Below, piece after piece: positions 13,101 to 26,665 of a stretch of DNA of 64,000 nucleotides; position 1 is the stretch's first letter; every line of letters begins with the position of its first letter. A program made the translations under genes and the position numbers. Where the stretch lies: assembly GCA_965637545.1 (NCBI GenBank), contig OZ281501.1:930001-994000 (forward strand). Reading direction: 5' to 3'. The notes beneath the pieces are model-generated. The model had not been told where the DNA came from. It saw nothing but the letters and a program-made list of their open reading frames with translations, and ran no database searches. Source of the stretch: Phallusia mammillata. Lineage: Eukaryota.

Positions 13101-15030
13101 TGATAAACCTGTATGCCTTGTTTGTTGCGAACAAGTAACAGCAAAGAAAAGATCAAATCTGGAGCGATGAAATATAAAATCACTTGTGCGCTTAGTTAGG
13201 GTATTATTACACCGAATTTGAAAATAATAAAAAATTTGGCCCGCCCGAAAATGTTGTGCAATTCATGCGGCCCGCAGTACTAAGTAGGTTCCCCACCCCT
13301 GTTTTAGACCCAGAGGCTCTCAACCTTTTATTTCCCTATTAACCAAGTGAAAAAGATAAAATTAAGTTTGTGCAATACACTATACCGTTTACTTCTTAAT
13401 TTCTTTACACTTATACCCACTAAGAACGTCCTATTTGCCCATTGGGTGTAAAATAACCTCCGGTTAACTCTAGGTGGTAAGCGTGATTGGAGTATAAGCC
13501 CGAAAACCGGTCCAATTCTGTTTTTTAAAACCAAGGACTGTATTAGTCCCAAAAGTTGGCGAAATTGTGGCGCAAATGAGGACGAGTGTAAAGCCAGGCC
13601 CGAACAAAGTTCGTTTAGTTTGAAATTAACCCCGAACCCGAACCTAAAAGCCCGGCCCGATTTACCACTTTGCGTTTGCTTTAAATCGCGCTTTCTTAAA
13701 GTTACCAAACAATGGCAATGTGTTGTCATGCCTACCAGAAGCTGTTCGTTGTCCGTTGCTCCACTGGCCGCGTTTAATCCGGACAAAGATATACCAAGTG
13801 CGTCTCTGTCGCTGATTTCAAATCCGTTCAAATCTCGGTCGACATCAGCTTTAGTGCTGCAGTTGTAAGTCTGCTCCCCGGTTGTGTTGCTCACAAAGTC
13901 GCTCGTGGTTTCTAAACATTACGAAATTTAGATCTAAGAAGTTGAGTAGCGGAAAAGCAAAAGGGTATAATTGCTAGAAGGAAAATTGTTTCTTAAAACA
14001 TATTAAACATAGGTAAACTGAATTCATTCATACTGGCATCAGCCCTGAAGTGTCCATGCTTGCTGTGATAAAACATAGGTATTGCATTATTCAAAACATT
14101 ATTATCACTTTTTAGGATTATCATAACAATTAAAATAATTATTGGAGAGCCAACACAGCTTTTGTTTCTCGTACCTCTTAAATTTTCAAGAAACAGCTTG
14201 AACTTATTGCCTACAACGACTGCTAGAGTTATTCGTCAGTGACATGCGATTTCGAGGTAATTACACATTTATACGCATTCAGTGGTATTTGGAATACGTT
14301 GTTCAATAAATATTATGAATCGTACTGTATTTTTGACTTTAGTTACTTACAAGTTGTCAATATTGATCAACAACATAAATTCTCACCGCACAAATAAAGT
14401 GAGCCCATTGCCGTTGTAGTTTTTACAGCAGCTCGTAACACCGGGTTCGGCTCTTTGCTTACTCCCTCGCCTTCCGTGGTTGTATCCCGTAACGCTGTCA
14501 CTCGCTGCGTTGGAGCACCGGCTGATATTCTGCATTTCATGTCGAAAATAAAAAAATGTGCACATAAATTTATAAATGCGCAAAATTTAGAAACATTGAC
14601 TCAGAAAACTGTCAAAGATAACTTTGTTAAAGGCTTCTTGCAAAATATACCTAGGTTTAGCTTTTCGACGTCATATGTCATATGTACTTGACAATCATGT
14701 TTTGAAAACAATTTTTTTGTCTCCAAAAGTATGATTGATTTCTTGTTTGCTAAAAATTTTACGAAAGTTACGTTTGCAAAATTGTAAAAGAATAAAGAAA
14801 TTTACGTACCTTATTTTCCCTCTTTTTTCGGGATTCTGGAGTATCTTCAATTGTAAATCATAACCGAAAAACGAACTTCCTTCAAAGGCGAGATCCCCGT
14901 ATGAGCTTGGTTCAATTGATCGAACAACATATTTCTCTGCTTTCTCCTTTTCGGCAAGGTTGAAAGCTAAACTTGCTCCCACGCAAACATAAAACACAAC
15001 TGGCACCCGTAACCAAACTGTGATTGACAT
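10156..15030 (-). CDS. Integrin alpha head cassette A (signal peptide + blades 1-2 + alphaI domain), nearest the constant region
   Basis: Exons 14810-15030 (MSITVWLRVPVVFYVCVGASLAFNL), 14387-14529 (ISAGAP..GSLYLC), 13736-13911, 12364-12502, 12110-12252 (DLMFVLDGSHS), 11720-11836, 11497-11633 (STYTAHAI..LLTDG), 10797-10990 (..QQLEG), 10156-10229 (ELMQCQAGISSTVDR, phase-0 donor AGG|GTAAGA). In frame with constant exon 6777-6927. Confidence 0.93.
12761..13301. mobile_element. hAT (Charlie-like) non-autonomous element/MITE in cassette A intron 3
   Basis: 16-bp TIR CAGGGGTGGGGAACCT...AGGTTCCCCACCCCTG; perfect 8-bp TSD TTTTAGAC on both sides; subterminal GGCCCGC motifs. Confidence 0.92.
13490..13665. 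repeat. Dispersed GCCCGA/CCCGAA-rich repeat family (also about 23855-24155, 25560-25735, 33780-33950)
   Basis: Clusters of GGCCCGA, AACCCGAACC and AAGCCCG motifs in otherwise AT-rich introns; likely subterminal regions of a DNA transposon, termini not resolved. Confidence 0.45.
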
Positions 15031-16413
15031 ATTTCTGCAGTACACCGGAAACAATAAACCCTTGTTTTATTCTGTAGCCTTTTTCTCGATCAAGTACTGT
15101 CAGCATGAAAAAATACCTAGAAATAAGTGCAGTGACTCTTAATGCAACATCTTTGAAAACGGTTTAGTGATAAAATAGTCAGAATTTTAAGTTAAACTCT
15201 TCAAAAGAATCAAGATGGTCTTTAAGAAAACAATACCTTTTCTGTCTCAAATCATTGACTTGTATTTTAAGTTAACTTTTCCTGATGTGATTAGCATTAA
15301 AGCTGTCTCTGCTCCTTACACTATCTCTTAATGTCAGAAGACCGTGCAGGGCAGCATCAATCGAAAGGAAGTTTCATTGATATCATAAATGCATTGACGT
15401 TTGGTTGGGATACGCGCTTCCTCTGCTTGTATAAATTGCTTTCAATGGTGAAATAGTCTTGTTTAAACTGTACACTGTATTAGGTACTTCTGTGACCGTC
15501 CTACATGTAACAAATCTCCCAGCTTCCAAGTTTCAAGTCGTGTAGTTTTTTTATGACTGCACAGAAGTCCAAGTTGGAAAAGTGGCAACATATCCCTGAA
15601 TGCTGGTTTAGGTTAAAACTATCTATCTACAAAGACTTCTTACTTCCTGAAAAACATCGGATCAAGAACTGCTCCCGACTCTCCGTGGCGTTCGCTTTGT
15701 ATGCTTTGGGTTTAAGAAATAACTGGACACTGAAAACTTTCTGGTTTTCCAAAATCAGATACAAATAGTTGACAATCAGATTCAGCCTACCGATGCAATG
15801 TATTTAAAAATTGCTTCAGTTGTCTACACAAAGCCAGATTACAAAAACATTTCACCGTTATCTTTTTTGCTACAGCTGTAAATTTGGTCTTGCAACACCT
15901 TGCAAATATTGCTCCTAACAAACTTTCATGTTTTTCGCAGCACAAAAACATCATATTGTCCTCCCACAACCTTACGAGTCAATCACCGACTGGGCGCGAA
16001 AAAGTCGAATTGATCTGTGGAATTACTTCCTATTGTCCCCTTAACACGAGTCAAACAGTCAATCTGACTTCACACAGCAAATCCAATCCGCAAAAATCAC
16101 CACAGTGCGTAGGAAAGGTGGTTTTGGTTAAACTGCAAGGAATTGGTAAAACCACCCAACTCACTGCCTTACAATAAGTTAACACCGCTCGCATAGCACA
16201 ACACAGTCAAATGCACAATACTTATTGCTCGAGAGATAGCATACTTATTACAAGACACTAGGATAACGTTAAAACGCTTGAAGTATCTTGATTCGGTATC
16301 ACACCTTAAAAAGGCCTGGTGTACTACGACTTGAAGTATCTGTTTCAAGATCCGAAAACTGATTTGCGAGATATTTGCAAACAACTCGATTTGAATATAT
16401 CATATCAACCCAC

Positions 16414-19400
16414 CTTCCCTGTACAGACCGAAACCCCAGCCTGACATTGCGTCAGACGATTGTGTAGAACGCTTCCTGGTTCACCTTAAATAAATGTCAG
16501 TGTTAATGTCATTGTGTCTTCAGCTGGTGTGTGTGGCTTTAAAGGCGGCCGAAATAAGGCAATTTCAGAAACAGTGAAGACAAATTAAAGTTTCTGAAGA
16601 ACTTCGTGGATGCAAATCTCATGCTTTAGCACTAAAGCCGCATCATATAGCCAAGCACGTCAGAAATTTGAACTATTCAAAGGTAGTAGAATTATAACTT
16701 TACTTTCCAATAAACCTTAAACCTGGTCAATTAAGACTTGCTTCTCGTTTACCGATATATATATTTATAACAATTGATAAAAGACTTCACGGGAAAGGTT
16801 TGAAAGCAATCACTTGACCTAAATAAGCCAATACCACAGCGCAAACATATCAAATATTGTGTTTAATCTTCAAATGGATAAACCAACATAACTATGTTTT
16901 TTGGCGAGTAAGGCAATAAACTGATGGAGTAATTAACAGTGAGTTCCTTACCTTCCAACACTTGTATGTCAAACTGCAGTTGTTGAACAATGCTGAAAAG
17001 ATCATCGAAGTCGGTCACAGTAAAAACCCTCTTCGTTGATCCAGCAATCAACTCTAGCTCTCCAAGAACATAACTGTTTCCGACACCAACTGCAAATGAT
17101 TCAACTCCAGCTTGTTTCGCGTATCGAGTTGCTGCTGGGAGATCTCTGCAATAGATTCGTTACAGTTGACAATCCTTTGTTCAACTGTTGTTTGTTGTCA
17201 GCTGACATTTTTGAGGTTGTATTGATATTTTTGTCAGATTGTTGACGAGTAACAAAAGAGACTTCTTACGCTGCAAGAGGCGTGAGTTCTCAGTTATCAA
17301 TGCGATGTACAACTTCAAGACCAAAACAAATTCGCTTGTTCCGCACCTTTAAACAATCTTTTACGTGACTCAAATGGATATAAACATGTGTAACTAATGT
17401 GGCCCTTTACTGATGTTGGCATGGGAATTTGCCGAAACATTTAAATAATAAGCATATCGCTTTTTACGTCTATCTTGGCCGAATTTTCGAATTTTACAAA
17501 ACTACTTAAGTTTAGACCAGCTTCGTTTCCATACTCAGTGTCTGTGGATTGACCATCAGTCAATAACACCATCACCCTTCTAACATCCGGATACCGGCTT
17601 GTTGGTCCATTGAAATCATCATCAACAGTTTTATAGATAGCGTGAGCTGTGAAAGTGCTGTAGCGCTGATACTGCAACAAGAAAATGCTCTCAATACACA
17701 GCACAAATACCGACAACACCATGTTGTTTAGAAACTCCTGTCTTGATTACTGTTGGTATACATTTTGTCCGTTGTTTCAAACTTTTTAACTGTCTTAAGC
17801 CTGTCTATATAGCTACAATGGTGTTTGTTAATTAATTTCAAGCCCTAATAGGATAAGAGAAAAAACACACATAGCAAGACAGCAACGTATATGAATAAAA
17901 AACGAGAGTAGTATGATACCCTTAAACCACTAGAGCCTATATTGCTTGCTTACATGTTTGGAAATGTTATATTTAAGCAATTAAACGGAAATCAAGAGAA
18001 GAATGCAAACTATACATAGAAGTCTCTGTTGTCGTACTTACCACAATTTTGTCAACAGCAGCATCGAACGCAGTTTTGTTTCGAAACTCCCCGAGACCTA
18101 CTTCGGTTTTCATTCTAGGTTGTTCAACTTGGTTGTGGTAGTACGTTGAATATTGAACCTAAACGCGGCGAAATACGTTTATTTTAACTTCAAAAATGCT
18201 CGATTAGCAGTGAACTACAAGAACTTCAAACACGCTCTAATCCAAAATAAAAAAGCCGCATCAAAGTTGAGTTTACGTTAATTGCTTTCATTTATATGAA
18301 TTAGTCTTCTGTATAATGCAGTGGTCCACAGACGGAGAGGAATTCCACGCAAAGGAGAATTTTAAAACTTGAAGAGAGGAATTTACTTTAATTTTTACGT
18401 GTGGTTTGCTAGTAGTTATTTTAACCTTGGGAGTATAACCTGTGAAGTTGATAAAAGACCCGATTTAAAAGATGTTTGTATCGATTTAGCATTTACTATA
18501 TGTAATCTATTAGGGTGGTATAAAGATGTTTTAAATTGTTAAGGAAGGAATTCGTTAATAAAGTTTGGAAACCACTGGTCTAACGCATTCTATTGAGCCA
18601 ATGTCATATCAACTTGAGTAAAGTATGTACAATATTTTAAACTCGTCACATTGTACTCACAACTCCAACTTGCACGGGATCAGAAATATCAAAGGCGCTT
18701 GTCACTTGCTTCACCCACTTCTTCACTTTCTCAAAATTGTCATATTTCACCGAAAACGATCCATCCAACACGAACATCAGGTCGATTGTGTTGTACTCGC
18801 AAGCTGTTGGGGGGAAGTTGTAAAGTTTGTGGAACTTCAAATTCAAGTACACAACTCGTGGGTTCAAATCCCACCGTAGTTTTAAAGGCTCATCGCACGA
18901 AAATGCTCACAAGACATGGCTTTATCTCGAAACAGCGCTTTTGTTAGTCTAACTCACTGCTAGTCTAATCTAGTCTAACTACTGATACAAAATCTGACAC
19001 TAGTTTTGTTGAAAAGTAAACTAACTTAGAATAGATAAGAAAGAAATCAGATGTATACTTTTGTTTACTATTTTTACTTTAGGCGGCCAAATGTTAAATG
19101 TTACATTTTTACTGTGGTTCTCTGGGCGTTTTTTTGTGTATCGTAACTTTGTAGGTTAAACTTGTTTGTAGCTTTATCAGTTTTAAATACTCTGGTTGAA
19201 ATAATCTATCTGAAATTTTGTAAACAAGATTCAAAATGTGGTTCCATTCACAACTCAACTTCCTTAGATGTTGTTTAAAAGCAAACATTACTTGAATCCA
19301 CTTACGTTTACGGCACGGTTCCCTTCTGGCCTTCAACGTTAAGTTTGTGCTGTGGTAAATCCCACAACCTCCCTCAGCTCTGAACACTGAGTGACATTTA

Positions 19401-20623
19401 CGCTGCAGGAGGGGCGAGCAGATCTACGGAGAACATATTTGAGTTGAGTTGAACATATGGGAGTTGACCACTACTGTTTCAAAAACAATAACCTGACACA
19501 GTAATGAGGAAAGTCACAAAATTAACAATATCTTTTGACACTGCCGATCAGCTAGTTAATACTAGTTTGTGTAAAGTTACTGTTACCTAGAATTTAGAAT
19601 CATGCTGCAGCATCTTATAAACAGCTCTCTAGCACCTAACGCGTTACATGTGGTCGATATTAAAAAAATATTGTAGGGGAGGGGGTAATTTGTTTGGGTT
19701 AAATTGCCTACTAGGACTCGAGTTTTGTTTATTTCACAATAATTGAACTCTCTCCTATCTTGAAACGGGTTTAAAACATTTCTTGCTTTCTCGCTGGTTC
19801 GATAGCTTGTATAGCGTACGTAAGTTACTTATTAAAAACAGATATTAACCTAGCTTGCAGAAATAATAGATTTCACATACCACTGTGTACTCTGGTTCCT
19901 CATGGTTTTGCGCCATTGTCATTCCGTAACTGGAACGGCCTTTCTTATCTGCGTTAGTTTCAAACGGTTGCAAGTTGTTATCACTGATGCAAGTCACGTC
20001 TGTTGATGAGTTGGTCGGAGCCAGTTGAAAGTCGAACGTGTCTAGTGAAAATGTGTGTAAGTTTAGATACAAATTTATAAACTTGCTACAATTTCAGTTG
20101 GCGATATTTTGAAAATACATTATTTATATAAATGTCCATAACAAAAGCAAAACTTTGTTAGATTATGCAATAAAGTTCGTTACTATAATTTTGCATGTGC
20201 CCTACTACATAGACATTTGTAAAACTATTATTAATACTGTGGTTTATAAAAAGAACCATGCTTGGGGGCCATCATATACTTGCAAAGTTAGAAATAATAT
20301 TTTCACACGTATCTATGTTTAGTAGACTTACCGCATGTTTGTACAGATCCTGTATCGTTGTGTGAACTACCTTGATAAGGTGCGCCAGCAAACAACCTAA
20401 AACTTTACCAAATAACTTTTTGCAAAAGATAAAAAGTCAATTCTACTTGCCTTGTAAAACTGTATCCATCTCTACTGAACCTGTTTATAAGAACTGACAT
20501 ACCATAGAACGATTCCTCTGATGGCACAGTGTGTAAATACGACGTATTAATTGCTAGGTTAAATGAATTTACGAGACTGACATCCAATGAGAGAACACAG
20601 ACCAGTATGAGCACCCGCAGCAT
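16414..20623 (-). CDS. Integrin alpha head cassette B (no own C-terminal region)
   Basis: Exons 20451-20623 (MLRVLILVCVLSLDVSLVNSFNL; GC donor), 20332-20396 (LFAGAP), 19881-20041, 19306-19423, 18661-18803 (DLMFVLDGSFS), 18042-18158, 17535-17671 (LLTDG), 16952-17145 (..QVLEG), 16414-16484 (RLTQCQAGVSVCTGK, AAG|GTGGGT phase 0). Next ATG (cassette A) is about 1.4 kb downstream. Confidence 0.9.
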
Positions 20624-21767
20624 GCTATTAATCTCACCCTACTTTACTTTACAAAATAAAATATTTGATAGGTAAAAAATTATCTGCTAAGGAAACGAAC
20701 TGTGTCAAACAAAAAACAAACAAACAAAATATCCTAATTAAAAAGCGTTGCTTACATTTGATATTATTTAGAGAACCCTGCCTTTAACTGCCAACTAGCC
20801 TTAACGCTTCCTTCTCAATGAAAGACAGTCCTGCATGTTCTGACAAAAACGCATCACAGATGCAAGGAGCACACTATCGACTGCTGCCGTCACAGTGGTC
20901 GTCTTCTTGCTTGCTTGATTGACAGCTCAATAGAGATTCGAGGCACACGTACAACACTTTAAGGCTCAGGAAACATAGAAAGCTGTAACTCGCTGTAACG
21001 CCATGTTACGTCAATTCGTCTGAATTTGCGTCAATTCTATCACAAACACGCCGACGTGCAAGTCTGTTAAACTTTTAGTCCCAACACGCAAAGCGAAACT
21101 GGCTTTTTCCATACAACGTGACCAAGGTCTACTAATTAAACCTATTTAGTGTACGGGTCTATGAGCTATTAACCTTTCGTGAAAGAGTTGTATTGTGGCG
21201 TTTTCATTTCTAACATTGTGTTATACTCAGAAACCCATTCTGAGCCATACCGGGCGCAATAACGTTTCCTGACAATTCAATTAAGTCCGCAAGCACAGTA
21301 ATTCCTAATCTGGCGCATTCTCGAGGAATGTTGACCGCCTTGACTTACATAACTCTGCGCTTGTTCAGTTGAATCGTTTGACTCTACTTGTGTTCATAAA
21401 TACAACTACTTTAAGAACTACAACACTTACCTTGCAGAAATAATGTTTGGGTCAAGTATTGAAAAGTATTAAAAATATGAGATGAAGTTGTGAACTGACG
21501 GGCACAGCTTTATATGAATTTCTTACGATTCTTTGTAATACACCGTGTTTACAAACCAAGAAGATTAAGATTGACTAAAACATCTTACCTTTCAGAAGAT
21601 TTTGAAGTACTCTACTGCTCTAATCTGTGTTTATGTTTGTTAACTGCCTCAACTGCTAACTTTCAACCAATGCACAATGCACAACGCACATAACACACAG
21701 CACTGCCAGTCAGCTTTTTCACTCACCACCACCACAACAACTATAGCCCACCAGCTTGTTTACAAAC

Positions 21768-24700
21768 CTTGCCAAATTCTGCAGAGAAACCTGCCTCGCA
21801 TTGTTGCAGCTCATTGGTGACGTTGACCGAAGGGGAACCTGCAACGATCAGAACTTGTTAAGTTGGATTGAATTGCCTGATTGTGCATTGCTGTGTCTTG
21901 TAGCATTGTTTATGAGTGGTTGTATCAGCCCGGCAGCGGCTTATTGCTCCGAATACAAAAGTAATTTTCGACTCCGGCTCTATTATTGGGTCACATGACT
22001 TTTGATTGGTTGAAAATATTATGTAACAATTGCTTTCAGAGTTACAAGTCTCTTTGTCTTATAGTCCGCTATTTAATCAATGGTTTTTAGTTGTCTGTGT
22101 GCAGTTGTAATAATATGTCAAAACAGGACATTCACATGACATAAAAATATCTTTTGTGTGCCAAATATCGAAACCGTTGGACTCAACTGAATTAGTTATC
22201 ACAACATATCTAATGGACGTCAACTTAAAATAGGCGTTTTGTCGAACAAGAGTCAATTCCGTTAAAGATACGATTCTCTTCAAAAAGTGAGCACACCATT
22301 TTATGACAACTTTTTCGTCTCCTACTTTCAAGCACTTGTATTTCCTGTTGAAGTTTTGCCACAATCTCATGAAGTGCGTCAAATCTGTGCACAGTGAAAA
22401 CGCGATCCTTTGATCCGGCAATCGTCAGCAGTTCGTCATAATTAATCGTTCCCACCCCAACTGCAAACGATGTGACGTCATTCTCGTTGGCATAGGCAAC
22501 CGCTCTGTCCAAATCGCTGTGAATATGATGACATATATTTCCATCATTGGTGGCAGTGTGTTATAGATTTTCAGGGCATTTGGGTTCACTAATGTGGTAA
22601 ATTAAGGACATGGTTATATACACCATTTACACTCACAGATTAAATTTCGATGGGAAAAGTGGTAAAAACGCCTTTAAATTATAACCTTTGGTCAAAATAA
22701 TAAAGTGAATATTCTTCTATAAAACAGTAATACCAATAGAAGAAGAAGTCCTTCGTAAAATAGAAACATTTTCTGTTAGGTAAAGGAACATATAAGATGC
22801 CATTAAGGCGAAGTATGTATTCCTTCATTCAAAACTGTCTGATTCTAAATTTGTCAAGGTTTTTGTCGTTCATTGGTTTTGTAGTTAAAAAAGATCGTCA
22901 GTTCAAGCCCCTCTGCGGATATTTTACATCGTGTGCTTAAAAATCTTTCAGCTTTCTAGCCTTTATGATGGAAACTTACTTTATAGAAGTGAAAAAAGAT
23001 AGAGTTTATATCAGAAGCTATTGTGTTTTTCAATGGCCAGTAGTTGCTTTATCATCACCTGTGGTCTGAAGCCGTCCCATCAGTGAGCAGGACCATCACA
23101 CGAGATGCGGACGGATATCGACTCGTGTTTCCCTTAAAGTCGTCGTTCACAGTTTTCAGTATAGCGTGTGCGGTGTATGTGCTCATCGACATGTACTGAA
23201 TGAAGGAATAATGTAAACTGTGTAAGCCACGTGGTATTGTAGCATATGCTTTGCAAGTTTGTTGCATTGTCACTTTGTCCATTATCGGTGTCGAACAGTG
23301 TTGTAAAAACAGCAAGGACACCGAAAAACCATTGGCTATCGAGAAAAACCCGTTGGTGCTCTGCAAGACTCTAGTTTTTCTGCATGACTTAAACCTATGA
23401 TACTTATGGTACTAATCGCTAATTGGATGTTTAAGCCGTATTGCAATACATTGTAACAAATTGTTTAATGCAGCAAGTCATAGTCACATTTAAATCTTCC
23501 TCAGAGCTGTCAATTTAAACGTAAAAAGATGCAGAATACTTTGAGTTTAGTTCACATGACCTCACACAATTTGTACTATAAACTCACTTCAATATTATCA
23601 ACAGCTTCGTCAAACAAGGTCTTGTTTTTGAATTGTCCCAACGAAATTTCTGTTCTGGTAAAAGGTTGCACTTCGCCAGGAGGCAAACGTTTGCTCCAAA
23701 AGGAATATTGAACCTGCAACAAGAATATCATGGGCTCTAATCCCAGTTCTACATGCAGTAGTCGGACGACACATCAACTTTTGATGAGGAAGTGTAAAAC
23801 AATAACAGTAACACAAGTGTAAAATAAAGTGTTTCAGGTTTACGAAGCAGAGTTGTAATCGGGCCCGAAGTTCGAGCCCAAACCCGAATCGTATTTGAGA
23901 AGTCTGTTAGAGCCCGGAAGTTTGACTGACATAATAAAGAAGACATACACAATGGACAATAATAGATAATGCATTAAACAGGTCGTTTTAGGGCTGTTGG
24001 ACATTAGATTAAGTCCAGTTACTTGCTATACCTAAGCTATGGTTGGTAAATTACATAAGTTGGTAATTACAGCCACAGGATGTGAAGTCAGGCCCGAATC
24101 AAGCCCGTTTGCTTAAAATTTCTGCGCCCGAACCCGGCCCAAAAAGCCCGACCTGAAGGTCTGTTCAATAACGACATTCAGCACACATTGTATTTACTAC
24201 AAAAACGTTAATTATATTGGTCAAAGAAAACTTGTTTCACCGGAAACATTCTTACCAATCCAATCTGATCGTCCCCGGCAAGGTCAAATCCAGCCGCAAC
24301 ATCCTTCGTCCAGTTCTTTAGTTTGTTAAAATTTTCCAGTTGAACCGAATTTGAGCCGTCAATCACAAACATCAGGTCGATCTTGCCACTATGGCATCCT
24401 AAAATTCAGACAAATTTAGTTTGCTAAAATATCGTGCACCAATAACACATATGCAGCAATAACACATATGCACCAATAACACATATGCACCAATAACACA
24501 TATGCACCAATAACACATATGCACCAATAACACATATGCACCAATAACACATATGCACCAATAACACATATGCAGCAATAACACACACCACATACAACCA
24601 ATAAGAGGAATCACTGTTTGGGAGCAGTTTTGAGTGAAACATGTTTTTATGTAACCTTTCAACCGGTATTTGCTGATAAAAAAATCTTTTTTTAAGTAAC

Positions 24701-26665
24701 TTTGCATTGACGTTTCGGTGTCACTAACACACGTTGTATAAAATCGTAATTCTTTTTTCCCTTCAGGTCGTTTTAGACTCTGCTTAAGATAAACATAATT
24801 TCATAACTGGGATCAGCCCTAAAGCGTTCATGCAGCGCCGTTGGATCGAATCCTACCGCAGGCTAGATTTTACTCGCTTACGACTTGCCATATGGGGAAT
24901 GCTTGGTGACCGGCTGATTCAGTATAACGCCTTCAAAGGCCCTACTATGATTGTAACAGTAAATATTTTTGTTAAAAGATTCTTACTATTTGGACAAGGG
25001 TCTCGTCGCACCCAGTCATTAAAAGATGATGACGAGTCACTGACGTAACAAACACCTTTGAAAGTTTTGCTTGATCCACAACTTTTCGTGTCAAAAGGAT
25101 CACAAACCTAAAAAGAACATGGATCAAGATTAACTTAGCATCAAGGTCAAAAATCATTTATGAAGGTCATGTTACTGCCGAACTGCACCCCACTGCGGTG
25201 AGGAAGTAAATATAGCTAAACAGGTAGTTAATGGGCTAAAACACCAAACAAAAACAAGCAATCAGTGTAAACTCAACTGCTTTCTGTTGCATTTCTCCCT
25301 TTTCCACATGAGAAGCACATGTAAAACCCAAAGCATCCATATTCGTGCTGTGATTGGTCAATACGTCGTCTCTATAGCAACGCGGTGCGTTGGCCACGCT
25401 GTGGTTGCTAGACGAGGTCATGTTTAGGTCTGCAAACGGTTTGAATAAAAATGATGACAAATTAGTGCTCTTGTTTTTTTTCTACGTTTTTTGGTGCCAG
25501 ATTATTTACAGTCAGAACGAAAAGGGATCGTATGTAGAGGAGTTGCAAACGGCCTTAAATGTGGGTCCGAAACTTGAAATTTTGGCAAAATAAAGCCCGA
25601 TTGAAGTTAAATTGGCCAAAATAAAATTGCAGATTAAATGTGGCATGTGTAAAGGCGGACGGAAAACAAGTCAATTTTATTTAATTTGACGACCTGACAT
25701 AAACTCAACCAGAAAAGTCCGACCCGACTCCGGTATAATTGAATTTTGTAAATAAATATCTAGTTTACTTGCCGCATTTGTACATCCCGTATGTTGAGTC
25801 TTCTCCCTCATTCCCGGTGTTGGTTGCATCTTGTTGGGTGTTGCCTGATGTTATGGTTACACTAAAACACACACATACATGGTTTACGTTTCATGCCATG
25901 TTTGTGCCTTGGTTTATTTAAAGATTGTCTGATTGAGCGGCCTGGCGTTTCCAGTGCGGCTTTATAGGGCGTCTGCCACATTTACTTGACAGACCAATCA
26001 ATTGGGACACTTGTCGGGCGTGGATAATGCCAAAAAGACAATTTTGGACTTTCCTACCCAGATGTGCTGAATGTTGTTCATTTGGGTTTTCGAATGTGAT
26101 AAATTGCTTTCTTGGATAAATTCAAGAATTTCTGACACTTCCTTTGTCCATCGGGAGTATTTTTTATTTAATCAAACTAATGTCGACATTTGTCCTGATG
26201 ACCCAGGTGTGAAATCCTAGCGTGCTTATAAGTCGTTGACGAAATATGAAGAGGTATGAAGTATGCCTTTTCAATGTCCATACACAAAAACATAGCACTT
26301 CAAATTGCTATATTACATGTTTTACTGTCAAACCCCGGTTAAACGTGAAAATGATGTAAAAGTTTTAACAATGGTAAGGAATATTTTTGTCTTGTAGTAA
26401 TAAACATTTTTGTAACTAAACATGTTTAATGTTCTTACCAACAAATAACAAACAAAGTTCACCTGAATGTCTCATTGACTCGTTCAATGTGAAGATCATG
26501 TCCGAAGTAAGAGACATCAGTGTTGTTGTGAACGCTTCCAGGTTCTGTTACTACAAGGGTTGTTCGATTGTCAAACGCTGCTATGTTAAAACTTGAAACA
26601 CCAATATCATGTTTCACATAAACTGTTGCCAGAAATATTAACAGCAACTGTCTAAAACATTTCAT
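21768..26665 (-). CDS. Integrin alpha head cassette C (no own C-terminal region)
   Basis: Exons 26463-26665 (MKCFRQLLLIFLATVYV), 25773-25861 (GC donor), about 25278-25429 (donor uncertain), 24987-25107, 24256-24398 (DLMFVIDGSNS), 23588-23713, 23059-23195 (LLTDG), 22326-22516 (..QVLES), 21768-21838 (ELQQCEAGFSAEFGK, AAG|GTTTGT phase 0). Next ATG is about 1.1 kb downstream. Confidence 0.85.
24435..24587. repeat. Minisatellite, 9 x 17 bp (TGCACCAATAACACATA)
   Basis: Nine head-to-tail units, two with the C>G variant (TGCAGC...), ending about 35 nt upstream of the cassette C exon-5 acceptor. Confidence 0.95.
24839..24960 (+). mobile_element. tRNA-derived SINE, 5'-truncated
   Basis: GGATCGAATCCTACCGCAGGCTAG...GGGAATGCTTGGTGACCGGCTGATTCAG matches the 49477 copy. 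Confidence 0.75.

Noticed and set aside
13328-13735. C-terminal extension of the 188-aa ORF
   Set aside because: Only 13736-13911 is exonic (donor CTG|GTAGGC); the remainder reads through intronic repeat.
15600-16140. Possible continuation exons of cassette B (acceptors at about 16133 and 15730, donor at about 15642)
   Set aside because: Translations show no integrin motif and hit stops in the required phase 0; may be UTR exons of cassette A but unsupported.
24435-24587. CRISPR array, or the Cys/Tyr-rich ORFs 24399-24707
   Set aside because: Head-to-tail 17-mers without spacers in a eukaryotic intron; the ORFs are translations of the minisatellite.
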